Positions 36,813 through 51,480 of a stretch of 64,000 nucleotides of DNA are shown here, in pieces. A program made the translations under genes and the position numbers. The first letter of the stretch is position 1; the number at the start of each line of letters is the position of its first letter. The notes under the pieces were generated by a model that did not search any database, had not been told where the DNA came from, and saw only the letters and a list, made by a program, of their open reading frames with translations. Origin of the DNA: Bigelowiella natans CCMP2755. Its lineage: Eukaryota > Protista > Cercozoa. The stretch spans positions 1 to 64,000 of the forward strand of contig ADNK01000862.1 of NCBI GenBank assembly GCA_000320545.1, read 5' to 3'.

Positions 36813-39800
36813 ACTTTCCCCTATGTTTCGTCCGTGAAATAATGCTATCTCCTGAGTTGTTGTGCGTGCTCGACTATTATTAGCATCGTGAGAGCTCCTC
36901 CCCCCTTGGGTCGCGAAGAGAGCACTGAATCCGGCCTCGATGATCTCTTCGACATTGCTCGAGGTAACAACCACAAGACGAACCATAGCGCTCGCGGCCT
37001 CCAGATAGGACAGTCAAATGCGGTGCGTCGTGGTGATTCCCTCTTCGGTAACGGAGGGCGACCTATTAATGATTACAAAACGGTCGAACGCCTTCTTAGC
37101 CAGTATACACCCCCTACGCTACCCGCAAGAGAGGGGGGGCAGGATCAGCTCGCCTCGTCTTCGTACCTTGCTGAATCGTTCATGACCGCGACGTCGCATG
37201 GGACGGATACCTCGGAGCAATTCTTCGACTGTAACGCAGGCTCGATGCAGCAAACCGCGATCGTACGTGGCAGCAGGTCAAATAGCGAGGACGGAAAGCA
37301 ACGGAGCAATATCGGTTGTGTGGACACTAAGATGCAAAGAACATCGATGGACGGAAGGAAGGCAGCGGGGGGGAGTGGGGACAACACGAATCCTGGCGGT
37401 AAAAGTGGGAGCACAGCGGCAGTTAGCTGGAGCCTTGAACTGCACGTTCGACTTATCAGCGTGATTTTCCTCCAGCGCGACGTGTCGTGCTCAGATTGGC
37501 CAAAGGACACAGATTGGGTGCTTTCATCGCTTCCCACCATGATGGGAGGAGGGAAGGAAGAACATGAAGGAGCCCACAGGTCGAAGCCTGCCTCCACCTC
37601 ATCTTCTCATCGTACGTCTGCTTCCCATTCTCTCATTCACCAGCATCCAGCGCCCTCCATCTTCGCACTCGGTGTAGACCATTTCGTTGCATCGGTGGAC
37701 GAGCTGCACGTCGATATTCAGCAGCAGTTTTTACTTCCCCCGAGATGGAGCATGTCCTTAGTTACTGTCAAGCTCTTAGAATACCTTCAGGAAAAACAAG
37801 ATGATAACTGGGGGAGAGGAGGAAGAAGCAGCACTACCACCACCACAGACAAGAAGACGAAAGAAAATGTGGAAGAGCCTGAACGGGAAGGGAAATTGCG
37901 ATCTCGCAGCGGCGGAACCCCCCCTTTCGATCGCCGCCGTGGTGAGTTGATCCGCAGCCGTCATGGCAATTTCCGCGCAACGATTATCGCTGAGTTTGAT
38001 GAGGCTCCTACAGCGAGGAGGAGAAGGAAGAAGAAGACGAGGGCCAAGAGGAATCATGATCACGGTGATGATGATGAAGAGGGGGACCAGAAGCAGCAGC
38101 ACCACCACCACCACGTAGTAGGTGACAACCGCAAGGACGAGGAGAGAAAGCTTGGGTGTGACAGTGAAGACGAAGAAGAGGATGCGAGCGACTTGGGAGA
38201 TGCGGAGGGCAAGGGGAGGAGAGGGCAAAGGATGTACGAAGTTGGAAACGGTGCAGAAAACAACCTTCATGGCCGCCGATCTGATCTTCTCCTCGGGCCG
38301 CCGCATGGCTTAGAGCGAAAGCTTCTGCGAACTAAAAGACGGCTGAACCCAGACCTGTACGTGGCGGCACGCCCGGAGCCTGTGGCAGCAGCAGCAGTAG
38401 CAACATCGGAATCCTCTTCAGGATTCATGGTGCCCCCCCTCCTTCGCAGCGACAGCAGCAATGCCTCTGTTCTTCGACCCCGTCATCGGACAAATATCGA
38501 AGTGAGGGCCCGCACGCTGCTCCTCAACATGGACGTGGGGAGCATTCAGCGACTTGTAGCTCTTCAAAAGAAGCTGCTGCAGCAAGACGGACGAAGAGAA
38601 GGAAGTGGAGGAGGAGAGGATGCTGACGACACTAATAGTATGTACGACGGTAAATATCACCACTCCTATCCCCGCCACCTCTACGACAGTCGCGAGGAGA
38701 GGGATCAGCCCTGGAGGGAGGAAGAGGCGGAGGACGGTGGTGCAATATCGCCTTCTTCATCGATAGATGAAGGAGAGGGAGGCGACCACTTTTCCCTCGA
38801 TTTGGACGATTTTCGCCGCGAGCAGGTGCACATTTTCCCTCATCGACAGCATCCGAATGGCCAGCAACAAGTCCAACCAAACGCAGATAATAGACCTAAC
38901 ACGCCGGTTTCGATCAGCATCCCCAGTATCGTTCTCTATCTTCTTCCTGAGAGAGTACAAGAAGGGGGGCAGCAACCTCCTCCTGCTGATTCACCATTGT
39001 CTGCGAAGATGAGCGACCGTTTTAGAATTCAGTTCATGTCGCTCTCGGTCTCCAATTACGAGAGAAACTGGGGAGGACAGGACGATTGGGCAGGATCCCA
39101 GCGGTGTTGTTCATTTATCCATTCACGCAACATTTGCAAATTGCATTTTGTGTATCTCTTAATGACAAAAGCTGTGGTCATCGTTTTTCCAAACACTTTA
39201 CTCCTCCCCCTTCTCATTCACATGCTCATTCTCTTGTAATACTACTGCAGCAATTATCATCATCATCATCATCATCATCATCATTGTATATTATTATCAC
39301 CATCATCCACAGGACAAGTCCGCCTCCTCGCGCCCTTTGGGAGATAAGCTTCTCATCAATGGAAGCGGGGATCGTTTGTGCCCGCCCCTCTTCTCTGCGC
39401 CCTTCAGTTTCTTCGTCTTCTCTGGGATTTGAAAGGCTATTAGATGCAGATTCACTTCGTGTCAAGCTAGTGTCGCGTGTGAGGAGGAAGAGGAGAAACA
39501 GCCCGTTTCATAACGACGACGACGATGACGATGATACTGATGTTTTCCATCCCTTCTTGGCTCCAGGAACCAAGGTAAATACACGCGCACAACAAAATCA
39601 GACCCATCTATCATTGCGAAATGGAAATTTTACACTGTCTTCCTCTACCATTCCCATGCCATTGTCCTCATCATCAGCATCATCATTTCCAATTTTCTGA
39701 ACCACCATCAAACCTACAAGGTATCTGCAAGGGAAACAGAGGCGTTCTTCCAAAGGCTATGGGACCCGTATCGCGTGTGGGAAGAACAGCCACCCCCGCA

Positions 39801-42800
39801 ATCCTCGACGAATACCAATAATAATAATAATAATAATACTGATGCTGCTGCACGAGGTCAACGTAGTCGCGACACGAAATACAGCTCGAAACACCATCAT
39901 CAACATCAGCGTGAGCAAGCTCCCCCCCCTCCATCCAACCATCACACACGACGTCCTCTAAGGGCGAGAAGAGGAGGAGGAGGAGGAGGAGGAGGAGGGT
40001 TGGGACGAGGCGCGTATAGAAAGACGAGTAGCCATCGGCACTCCCCTCCTCTGCAGCAGCAGCAGCAGCAGCAGCAGCAAATGAAGTCTCTGCTCACTTT
40101 CGAGCGGTCTTGTGAAGGACGTGCTGGGTTCGTCATCCACACAGCCGTTAAGAGCTGTCGGGCAACACTGACACGAAGGAACTACGTGCGCCTACTCACC
40201 ACTCTCAAAGGCGTTCTGGCAAGCTTCAATGCCAACACCAATCATAACGACGACGACGACGACCGCAGGAGGACTAGGACGAGGCACCGGCCGATCAACG
40301 ACAATAGTAACGAGCGCAATGAGCACCGAGCCTCTTCCACTGGCGATTCTTCTTCCTATCATCATCATCACAGTATAAAGGGTGATGATGGTGGCAGGAA
40401 TAACAACAGTGACGATAAGAACGACCCTGGGCTAATGCCCGAGCACCCAAACCACGTTCCTCGAGCACCTCCATGTGGAGTCCCCAGTATGATACATGTC
40501 AATGTGCCGCGCAAACGGCTGCTGGCTAGTCACCAGCACGGCTCTAGCTTCAGCCTCAATGTGCACACCTTCCATCTCGACATAATCGAGGAACAGCAGG
40601 AGGAGGAGGATGGGGAATTCGAAGAAGAAGAACAAGATGAAAAAGGTGATGATGATGATGATGAAAAGAAGAGGAGCACGGCCCCACCTCCTCGTCCGCA
40701 GAGAGCACCACTGTCAGGATTCTCGCTGACGGTGTTCGGGCTGCGGCACTTCAACCTTTCTCGATTTAACTGTGAGGAGACTAACTACACTTCGCTCTCA
40801 CTCGCCAAGCTCCACCTCTCCTCTGCCACGTTCGATCCGATCACCTTCCAGCAACAAAGCCACACGCCTATCCTTGTTTCTAACAATGCAGCAACAACCG
40901 CTTTGAATGGAGAAAAGAGACGAGGAGGAGGAGGAGGAAGAGGCATCAAGGGGGGGGGAGGCCAGGGAGCTTCGATGAAGAGCCATGTTGCTCAATTCGT
41001 TCATGTCGTAACAAAGAAGAAAGACGACAACAAGAAGATGGTGATGCCCCAGCAGCAGACAATAAATCAGATGGCGTTGAACTTCAACTCAGCAGCCTTG
41101 CGAATGAGCGATCTCAACCTCTTCTCAGAATGGGTCTCCCGCTTTCAAGCGTACTTTGTACTTGAAAGGCGGGACGAGGAGGGGGAAGAGGAGGCGGTGG
41201 AGGAGGAGCATTTGGAGGGAAAAGAGCAAAAGCACCGCAAGGGAGAGAAGACAGCTGAAAACAAACGGGCAAAGTCAGTCTCGCAGTCATCATCATTCCT
41301 ATACGTTCACGCAACCGACTGTGCGGTGGAGTATCGCCCTCCTACTTGCAGAGCGGCCATTGCAGGTGGGCGGGGGCTAGTTGTCTTTTCTCGTGTGTCG
41401 GGAAGACTATCACGCGACACGTCCAGTCCTTCAAGCCCAATGCACCTCTCTATCGATCTGAACGATCTCACCGGCTGCATCAAGAAACATGTTCCCATCG
41501 CCACAACGAGTCGCAAGATGAAACAGGGAAGGAAAGAAGAGGAGGAGGGGGGCGAGCAGGAGAGCCTCGTCAATACGGGGGCAACTGGCAATCATCCGCC
41601 AGCTTTGTATTCCTCCTCGTCTTCCTCTTTCTACCCCAACATGATCGACCGGAAGGACTACATAAGGGTTGCAACCATCGATGCGTTCCAGCTTGGAGTG
41701 CAAACGCTGCCTAAGGATGATAGCAACAGAGCCCTTTTGTTGAAGAACAACCCGCTCATGCCCGACGTTATGGTCGAGCTGTCTCGCGGTGTTCTCTCTG
41801 TGCAGTTTTGCCCTGATTCTTTCTCTGTGCTTTCGTCGCTCGCGGGGTACGCGATCACCGAGTTAACCCCCGCCCAAGCACCGCGCGACGTGGAGATCTC
41901 CTTCCCTACCACAGCGGAAGGGAGGGGGGGTGGGGATACCAGCACTGCTGGAAACTCCCCCCTTCACCCAAACAACAATGGTGACAGCGGCAATGATACC
42001 AAGGAGGACGAGGGTAGCTGTAGTAGCAGTAGTAGTAAGGGCCTGCTGCACAACATCGACTTCAATGCTTTTGGTGACAAAGACAATAGGGATGAGGAAG
42101 AGGAGGAGGAGGAGGGCGAGGGAGGGCAAGTGCTGTTTGAGCGTAAAGGCAGCTTCTTTCAAAACGACGACGGCAAACAAGCTGGTGGGCGTCATCATCT
42201 CCCCACTTCTTCCTCTTCTTCTTCCTCAGCTGCTGCCTCTACTAGTGCCAAGGCTCTAGCGGCAAGGGCATTTAAGGTTGCAGAGAAGGAGTACCGAAGT
42301 TCGCTCATTGACACGGAAAAGATTCATAATTACTTCCAAGGGGACAATGGTGGTGCTGCTGGAGGAGGAGGAGGAGGAGGAGATGGAATAAATGGGCGTA
42401 GTTACCATAGTGCACCCGGTAATGATAAGAATAATAATCATAATAATAGTGCAGCTGCCGCTGAAGGTGGTGATGAGGTTTACGACAGTAGTGTCCAAGA
42501 TGATGATGATGATGATCATGATGACAACGATGGGAACCAGAAGAGGAGACCTCGACGACGACCACAGAAGTCTAATAGGCGCACAACTGCCCATCCATCA
42601 TCATCATCATCGTCGTCGTCATCAAGGAGAGGGAGGGGGAACAGCCCAGTGGCTAAGATGCTCACACAAAAAATCACAATCGTGGAGGATCACTTCTCCT
42701 GCAGTCCTAACAAGACCGATAGGATTTATAAGGACAAGCGGTTGCACCCCCCTCGCCTCCATCCCCGCCCCAAGATTAGCTTTAAGATGCACAGCGTCGA

Positions 42801-44189
42801 GGTGCGATTGCAGCTGTTCGGGGGGAGGGACTTTGCTGCTGAAGGAGAAAGCAAGGACAACGAGGAGGAGGAGGAGGAGGAGGAGGAGGAGGAGGAGGGG
42901 GGGGTGGAGGAGGAGCACAAAAGAATGAGAAGCGGTGAGAACAGTCATGACAGCAGCAGCATTGTTTATGATGAGCATCTGCACAACAACCTGCACGAGG
43001 ATGGTGATGATGATGATTCGAGGCGGCTCTATCATCGTCGTCGTCGCCATCATCCTGGTCGCGGTCGTGGTCGTGGTCATTCCAGTGCTGCTGCTGCTGC
43101 TGCCGCACAGATGCTCGATGCGGACAGCGTCATCAGCCATACCCTCACAATGGATGGGCAGGTATTTTGTTACTACTACTACTACTACTACTGTAACTAC
43201 TACTACTACACGTCGCGTTTCTGCGTGCGGACGAAAGTACCCGAACATATGCACACACATGCACACATCACCACCATTACTTGCATGACCAAACCATACC
43301 ATCGTTAAAATTGACATGATAAGAACACTCATCATATCTACTACGTCGATGAACTAATAACCACCATTCTACTCCTACTACCACCTGCCTCTGCCTCTGC
43401 CTCTCCCCTTGGCCTTTCTTCCTCTTCTCCCTGCTGCCACTACCAGTCTTCTCACTACTCGTCGAGGTGGGACGCCTCCAGCCAGCGCTCCATTCTGACC
43501 AGAAATACACAGCAGGTCGGCTACGAGGACAAGAGGGGCGACGTGGGGGGGGGGGGGGGGGCACAGTAGCAATGGCAAGATGCAAACGGTCTGCATTCAG
43601 TCCATGCCTCTAGCAGCAGCAGCAGCAGCGAGTAGGCGACGACGGCGAGAACAGCATGCAGCAGCAGGCCTACGGGCATTTGTCTACGACACATACGTGA
43701 GAGACGATGCTGCTGCCCAAGAAGAGGATGCTGCTGCTGCTACTGATGATGACGACGACGACGACGATGATGATACTGCTAACGGACAGCAAAGGAATTG
43801 TGAGGGTGGGGATCATGTTGGTGCTGATGATGATGACGCCTATTGCAACGCGGGGCAGGTGGAGAAGCAGCAGCAGCAGCAGCAGGATGATGAAAAGAGT
43901 AGTCGCTATCTTCGAAGAGGGGAGATAACGGAGCTGCTTCATAGCAAGCAGCAGCTTGTCGGAAATGGGGATAAGGAGTGGAGAAATAGCAGGACGACGA
44001 TGATGAATACGAAGGAGAAAAAGAAGAAGAAAAAGAAGAAAAAGAGGAAGGGCAAAGGAAATAATAAGAAAAGGGGAAACAGGAAAAGAACAACCAACAG
44101 CAGAAGGATTTCGAGTCAAAGAGTTGATTTGGATCTCACTGTCGGTGTCGTAGCCGTAGCTAATATATGTAGAACCGTAAAGTCGATAA

Positions 44190-44230
<41 letters not shown>

Positions 44231-44697
44231 GGGGGGGGGAGAGGGAGAGAGGAGATACAGTCCACTTATGGTGACGATCATGATGATGATGATGATTATA
44301 AGTCATATAATGAAAAGCTAGATGTCGACTCTATGCTCATCTTCTCTTTCGCGCTTCTTCGCCGTCTTCTGCTTCTTCTGCTTCTTGTTCTTGTTCTTCT
44401 TCATAATCACGTGCCCTGCTTTTAAATATTCCAACTGCTGCTCACTGACGAGTAACTACTACTTTACTACTACTACTACTACAGGGAATTCATCTGGTTT
44501 TCAATGTCTATCCTCCAGATAGCCGGGTAGTAGTTGTTGTAGTAGTAGTGACATTAGCAGTAGTAGCAGCATAGTGGTGGTGAAACACCAATGAAGTAAT
44601 AACACAATTCATTCATAAAATTAGCTCTTGCGTGATATTACATAGATGGACAGGCAGACACACACACAGAGCATCATCATAATCATCGTCATCATCG

Positions 44698-44730
<33 letters not shown>

Positions 44731-45342
44731 CCATTCTTCTTTGAACCTCTCACATGATCCCGTTCAATGTCCAGGTGGCGTCCTACTACGCGGTGTCAGT
44801 CGATGACATCGCCCTGGTGGACAGGGTGGCGAGCTCAGAGTTCTTCGCAAAGCCGCTGCTAGGCTACGAGCCGCCCAAGAAGTCTCTTCGAGAATCCGGC
44901 TCTAGCATGCTGGTTGTACGCTCATCTAACGTGCGGCCTGATGCCAAGAGAGCGCCTGACCGGCAGGAGGCTCGGGTAAGCATCAGGGTTCTACCCCTGC
45001 GCCTCAGGCTCGATCAAGACACCCTCGAGTTCGCACTCGCCTTCTCCCAAGATGCTTCCAAGATCGCCAAAGCGGCGGCGGCGGCGGCTGCTGCGGATAG
45101 GGAACGTCGAGCAGCAGCTAGGGCTAGGGATAGAAAGGGCAATGTCTATAATCACGGAGGAGGAGGAAGGGAGAACCCTCACCATCGTTCTTCTGCGATT
45201 GCGACCCATATTCCAGACGACGAGGACGTTGACGGCCTCAGTGTGAGAGGAGCAGCAGGGTGGAAGCTGGAGAACAAGAAAGCCAGGAGATATGGAGACA
45301 ATAGTAATGGTAGCACTGGCAGAGGTCCGTCGCGACGACTAT

Positions 45343-45374
<32 letters not shown>

Positions 45375-46634
45375 ACAACTGCCCCACCACCTACGTACAT
45401 CCAGTCAATGAGCATTGGCGAGTGCCATCTGTGCATCGACTACAGGCCGAAGAGAATTGACCTCGAGGCGCTGAGGGCTGGTGAGTACGCCCAACTAGCC
45501 CACTTGCTTCGCTTGGAAGAGGTGCGCGTCGTCCTCGGCGCCCATGTGCTGAGAGCGGCGGAAAGCTGGGGCGCCGTTGTGGCTCGGTTGGGGAAGGAGT
45601 GGAGCGAGCAGGTTGTCAAGCAGCAGCTGCATCGATGCTTAGCAGGCATCCAGCCCCTTCGTTCCCTTCTTCGTGTGGGAGAAGGCGTCGTGGATCTTGT
45701 CGTGCTGCCGCTCGAGCAAATCCGCAGGGATGGGCGAGTGATACGGGGCCTGCAGAAAGGCGTGTCTGCGCTTGTGGGGTCTGTCACAAAGGAGACGATG
45801 AACGCCTACTCCTCCCTCTCCCTTGGCGCGCGCACGCTGCTGGCCACCGTTGATGGAAGGCTGGTAAAGCAGAAGCAGCAGGAGGAGGGAGGGGGGGAAA
45901 GGGCAAGAGGTGGTGGGGATGATGATGATCTTAGTCATCGGCAAGGAGTCGTCGCCCCTGCCAGGAGAACAGATGCTACACATAGAGTCCTCCAGCAGCA
46001 TAGCAGGCCTCACGATGATGACGATGATGTTGATGCAAGAAGTAGAGGAAAGGAAGGGAAATCCAGCATTGGGGGTGGTGGTGGTAGTTACAGCAACAGT
46101 AGCAGTAGTAATAGAAGTAGTAGAATCGTCACCACCTCCTCTACCACTACAAGAAGACAACTTCAAGGAGAACAACCACGGCACCATCAGCATCAGTATC
46201 ATTATAAGCAGCAGCAGCAGCAGCAGCAGCAGCGAGTTGTGGGACTCAGCGAAGGCTTTCAGCAAGCTATGGACGCGATATCAGGAGGATTCCAGCATGC
46301 AGCGCAGAGCATCGTGGTTGTGCCGGCAGGCTTGAGGAAGGGAGGGGGGAGACAAACAACAGATTCAAAGGCATCCTCTTCGTCAGCTACTCCGGTAGCA
46401 TCAGGCTTGGGTGAGGGGGGAGATGTTAAAAGAGCTAATGCTACTGCCTCAGTGATTAGGTCGGTGGGAGGAGGAGAAGGAGGCGGCGGCGGCGGCAGCC
46501 ACAGAGTGGTGGTTGCGAGCAGCAGCGATGAGGGCGGTGATGATTATGACGATGGTGACGACGACGACGACAAAGAAGAAGAAGAAGAAAGCATCAACGG
46601 CTGCTGCTCTAGTGAAGAAGAGGAGACTATTTAG
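34818..46634 (+). CDS. ATG2: Autophagy-related protein 2 (ATG2) lipid-transfer protein, heavily expanded with low-complexity inserts
   Basis: Chorein-N start MSFNPLRRFYTFVLKKLIGDYL..VQLSNGILELTDIQLD, IHAEIPWHSL, VQFCPDSFSVL, LQLFGGRDF, ILPLRLRLDQDTLEF-type segment, IDYRPKRIDLEALRAGEYAQL, LAGIQPLRSLLRVGEGVVDLVVLPLEQIRRDGRVIRGLQKG. Confidence 0.92.
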
Positions 46635-46972
46635 AAAGGAAAGAGCGCAAGGAAGAGCTAGATAGGAAATACACTACTATTTGCTTAGACGCGACGGGGG
46701 GGGGAGCAACACTCCCCCCTACTATACGTCTCTTACACGTTTTTTGAAAGTTATATTAAAGTTTTGTTGTACAGAGAAGAGAGTAGCAGATTAGATGTTA
46801 CAGCACCAATGCCAAACGAAAATGTGGTGTTATTATCACACGGTCCTAGTTGAATAATCTGCTGCAACTTCTGAACATGTCTAGGCGAATGAGTTGAATT
46901 TTAGAATTTTGATAATTTTGAATATAGTTTGCATTCTATAAGCGTCTAAACTATGTATTATATAGCCATATA

Positions 46973-47016
<44 letters not shown>

Positions 47017-47039
47017 TAATACTGGAATTCTGCGCAGCA

Positions 47040-47720
47040 CGTCTTAGAGTCATAGATATCTAGATATCTAGATCGTGCGGGCGCGTGCAGCAGCAATGAG
47101 CAGCACAGTCAAAAAAGAGTTGCAGAAGAGCAACCTCATCCATAACACTTATTAACACAGATTTATTGTGTGTGCAAGCGTACGCTACGATACAGCATGG
47201 ATCTCTAGATCTAGCTAGCTAGGCCATGTCTACGTTCTAGCTTTGAGGGTTAGTCATGCTGGAGATCTAGAGACATCGCATGTTAGAGCTGCGCCCATGC
47301 TAGCATGAGCTGCGATGAATGATATGAACACATCTCTACATATTTTGACATATTTGGATACGTTGATGTACTAGACCGACAGTAATCTAGCTAGCTAGCT
47401 AGGCAGATCCAGAGATGCTGCATGCTAGCTTGCTAGCATGGACATGTCTAGATGTACTCCATCTACGATGCACATGTTGTGTACATATCTAGATCTAGAT
47501 CTGCGCTACGCACACGGTAGTTAACACCAAAGATAATCCCTATCTAGCTATGCTAGTATGGGACACATACATTATTATTAGGATGACAATTGAACAAATT
47601 TAATTTATTCATTACATCCGTCTCACACATTGTTCACTAGAGTATCTAAATCGTACACGTGTACGTACAGTACACCGTTATGCTAAGTCCTGTTTCTGTT
47701 TCTAGATTTCTAGCTCTTCC
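47040..47720. other. CTAG/CATG-rich degenerate intergenic repeat patch
   Basis: Dense CTAG, AGCT and CATG 4-mers between convergent ATG2 and APC7. Includes repeat copy B. Confidence 0.6.
47577..47627 (+). repeat. Dispersed repeat copy B (paralogous to 11001-11051)
   Basis: 44/51 gapless identity to 11001-11051. Confidence 0.85.
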
Positions 47721-47870
47721 AGTAGTGACGCTAGCAGATACATGATAATTCTTAAATTATTTTCAGATACAAATCTTCGTTTCCACCCGCCTACCACCCC
47801 TTATAATACGAATAACGACGGGTTGATGGTCGTATGTGATTTTCATTACTTCCTGCAACAAGATCGTCAA

Positions 47871-49689
47871 CTAGCCTTCAAGCTCATCATCGACGTCCTC
47901 CTCCACATCGTCCATCATTGACTCATCCTTCGCAGCCATTTCCAGCGTTTCGATGCCTTTCAGTGCCTCGCGATGATCCGGAGTAAGCACCAGAGCCGCA
48001 TGATACTGCTCGAGAGCGAGTTCTAGGTCCCCACTCATCTGCAGTAGCGCGTGACGCAGTGAGTAACCACCGTGAGAGAAATTGTGACATCCACGGTGAA
48101 ATAGGAAGGGGGGGGGGGGGGGGAGTTTGATGAGGAATTGTGCCAATGCGGGTGATAACTGACTACATAATAAATATATCTGATTGCAATAGCTCTACTC
48201 ATGCCCCAATCTCCTCCTCCTCCTCCTCCTCCTCCCTTATTACCTTGTACGCGTCTCCCAACCGGATGTGAAGGTAGTCCCGCCGACGGTGCTTTAGCTG
48301 TTCTTTGAGGAGCTCAATGATCTTATCGTAGCGCTTCTCTAGGTGATAAAATCGCGACAACGCCTCGACGGCGTCCAGGCATTTCTTATCAATGGACAAT
48401 GCCCTCTTGAATGCCTGACAACAAGCAAAAGTTCGCATCATTCGTCGTCCATGCGAACCTACTACTACCATGACTACTACGATATATCACTTCTACTTGG
48501 ACCTTGCATGCCTTCTCCTTCATCTCAGGGCTCTGCGAGAGAACGATACCAATCAGCGTGAGCGACTTCGGGTTGTGCGGCATCAGCTCCAACGCCTCCT
48601 TCGCCACGCTCAAGGCGCGCTTGACCTCATGCATCTGCAAGAAGGCCTCCACCAGGCCTTGGAACACGCAGAACCGGGGGAGGACGGGCATTGAGATCGG
48701 CTCTTCTTCGATCCCAGTGATGCCAGTGGAGATCCCCTTTACCCGGTTGTATGCGAGTGCGGCCCTCTTGCCGTCGTTGTGCCGCAGGTGCAGGAATCCC
48801 TTTGCGAGCAGCGCGCCTGTGAAGAAGCAGCAGCAGCAGCAAAGTTGCAATCGTAAGTGAGGAAGAAATCCAGCAGTAGGAGGAGGAGGAAGGGGAAGTA
48901 GAGGGGGAGGGGGGGGGAGGAGGATTCGTAGTAGTAGCAGTAGTAGTAGTAGTTGTTGTAGTAGTAGTAGTGTCAGAAGTAGTTCTTATATCAGAAGAAC
49001 GATGTAGCAGCATTTATGTACCGATGCGCGAGAACACGTGATGGAAAAATAAATAGCAGCTCGAGGAGCAATTGATTGATTGAGCAAGCAGCAACAGCTA
49101 CGGATATGCTACCACACCTGTGTGTCCAGGGTACAAGCAGAGCACACGGTTGAGGCACTCCATTGCCTTTTTGGAGTTGAGCTTGGCTTCCGTCGAGTAG
49201 TCGAGCGAGCATACTGTTGTCATTGGTGATTATGGTGGTGGTGGTGGTGGTGATGACGATGATGATGATGACGATGATGATGATAATGATGATGCTAACG
49301 GACAGCATTCAACGCCAACAACTCCCACCATTTCTTCCAACATCCCTTTGAGCAAGCAAGCAAGCAACACACACACACACACGCGCGCGCGCGCGCGCAC
49401 GCAGGGACTACTGCCACTACTACAACAACAACTACTATTACTACTACTACTACTGTATTCTTCTCAAGCATGTACCAATCCAAGGCTCTGGGCGATCAGG
49501 TGCCTTACGAATGAGGTCTTGCGTGAGTCGCGATAGCTCCGAGGTACGCTCACGAATCCTTAGGATGAGCGCGTGCGTGTCAGCCCCCTCGCAAGATAGC
49601 GGGTAGAGTTCCCTTGCTCCACGGAACAGCTCCAATGCCTCGTCCAGCTTACCCATGTCAAATTGCAGGGTGGCCTTTATGTGTATGTG

Positions 49690-49730
<41 letters not shown>

Positions 49731-50883
49731 GTGCGTGTGTGCGCGCGCGCACGTATTGATTAACTGAGTGCTGTCAAGGTGAGGAAGACGTGACAACGAT
49801 TCATTGGTGGTAATTCTGTGCAACTTCTACTTCTCCTTGCTCGTTGGCCGGTCGATCATTGATTATGTAGTGTTTATCACCTGGCGCACCATGAGATACA
49901 GGTTCCCTGGAAACTCTTCCAAGAGCACTTCGAACGCTTTCGATGCCATCCCAAGCTTATACTTAGCAGTCAACCCTGTAGATGATGATGATGATGATCA
50001 TGAAGATGACCATGACGACGACGACAATGCTTGTAGCCCGTAACGACGATTGATATATCGTCATCGTCACACCAGCAAAATTCTCATCATTACTATATTG
50101 TATCATCATCATCATCCATCACAGTGGGCTGGAAGTACATTTGAACAATATGCATGCAAGCTACTACCATGCGCCGTCGTCAGTTTCTCGATGAATGGGA
50201 GCCGATCCACAAAGGCAGCAGCAGCAGCAGTAGCAGCAGCAGTGTGGCCAGCACTACTCGCAGCATGCGTCTTGCGTCCAGTTGTAGGTGTTTGGAGCCT
50301 CGCGAGCGCCTGTGCGGCCTCAATCACCATACGTGTGCCCTTAGTCCGATCTAATATCTCCTGGTAAGCATGAATGGCCAATTTTCTCCGCCCCCTTTGT
50401 TCTAGTAGTCGTGCTAGTTTGAGGGAATGCCGAAGTGGACGGTGTTTGAACGGGATGGCCTTCAGGATCACCAGAGCAGCCTGTTGTTGAAGGCAAGCGT
50501 GTAAAAAATTGTGCTGCGTGTGGACGTGTTTTTGTGTGTGGCTATGGGCATGCCTGCAAACCGACATCGTGCTCCCTGAGCTTGATATGACAATCAGCAA
50601 TGCGCAGCTTTATCTGATATTCGATCATGGCAGATTCCATCTTGCTCTCCTTGGATGAGGCTCCTCGGATGAAACCGAGTCCCTTTTGATAGAATCCCCG
50701 TGCTTGGGCGTAGCTCGTTAGGCCGAAAGCTGCGTCGCCGAAAAGAGTCCAATCGTTAGCACGGTCTTGAGCACTTGCCCTTTTCTTGCTCTTGTGCGAG
50801 ACGAGAAAGGAAGCTAGGGTCCATGCGGATGAGAACAGCCCTTCCTTTAAGAGGGCGCTTATCTCCTCACGGAGGTTCTCCAT
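47871..50883 (-). CDS. APC7: Anaphase-promoting complex subunit 7 (TPR protein)
   Basis: MENLREEISALLKEGLFSSAWTLASFL, FGDAAFGLTSYAQARGFYQKGL, ILKAIPFKHR..SLKLARL, FPGNLYL, GADTHALIL, APDRPEPWI, FQGLVEAFL..ALSVAKEALELMPHNPKSLTLIG, ALEQYHAALVLTPDHREALKGIETLE, acidic tail. Confidence 0.88.
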
Positions 50884-51480
50884 TGGCTGTTGCCGCGAGT
50901 GCTGCTTCTTGACCATATGGTAGTCAGTCTGCCTGTCGTATGAAGCAAGAAGACAGGCGTGGAATTGTTCGGACAGAGCCAAAGTTTCAAGGGAGTTGAA
51001 AAAGACAATAGATTAGAACTGAATGGGTGGAAGGAAGTGTGTAAGTAGCTTTCCCTTTTTTCTCCCCCCGTTTACACATCCCCACCCCTTCCTCCTACCC
51101 AACTCCCTCCTCAATTTCCTTTTTTATAAACACCCTCCCTTCTCCTTCCACCCCTCCCCCCATTTTCACGTGTTACTCGAAAACGATCTCTCGGTTCGAG
51201 TTTCGTCTCAAATCTTCATGGCAATACTTTAGACATTTTATAAAGCATAAAACATGCTAACCACTCCTCATTCTGATACCAACACCGTATGAGATCATTG
51301 GTTGCACCTTGCCAGTTGAAATTAGTCCCAGGTTTAAGCTAGGTTTATCCTCGATGTGACATTATCCGAGATACGCGAACCCTTTCCCTCCAAAATTTAA
51401 GAGAACGGGACGATTATTCCATTCTGCGACATATCACGAATCATGTCGTAGTGCACAAACCACAATCGTTTTAACAAGTC

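Noticed and set aside
43503-43620. Apparent frameshift in ATG2 at the G17 run (43545-43561)
   Set aside because: Explained either by a 1-nt homopolymer assembly error or by an intron 43516-43613 that restores the frame. Not evidence of a pseudogene or programmed frameshift.
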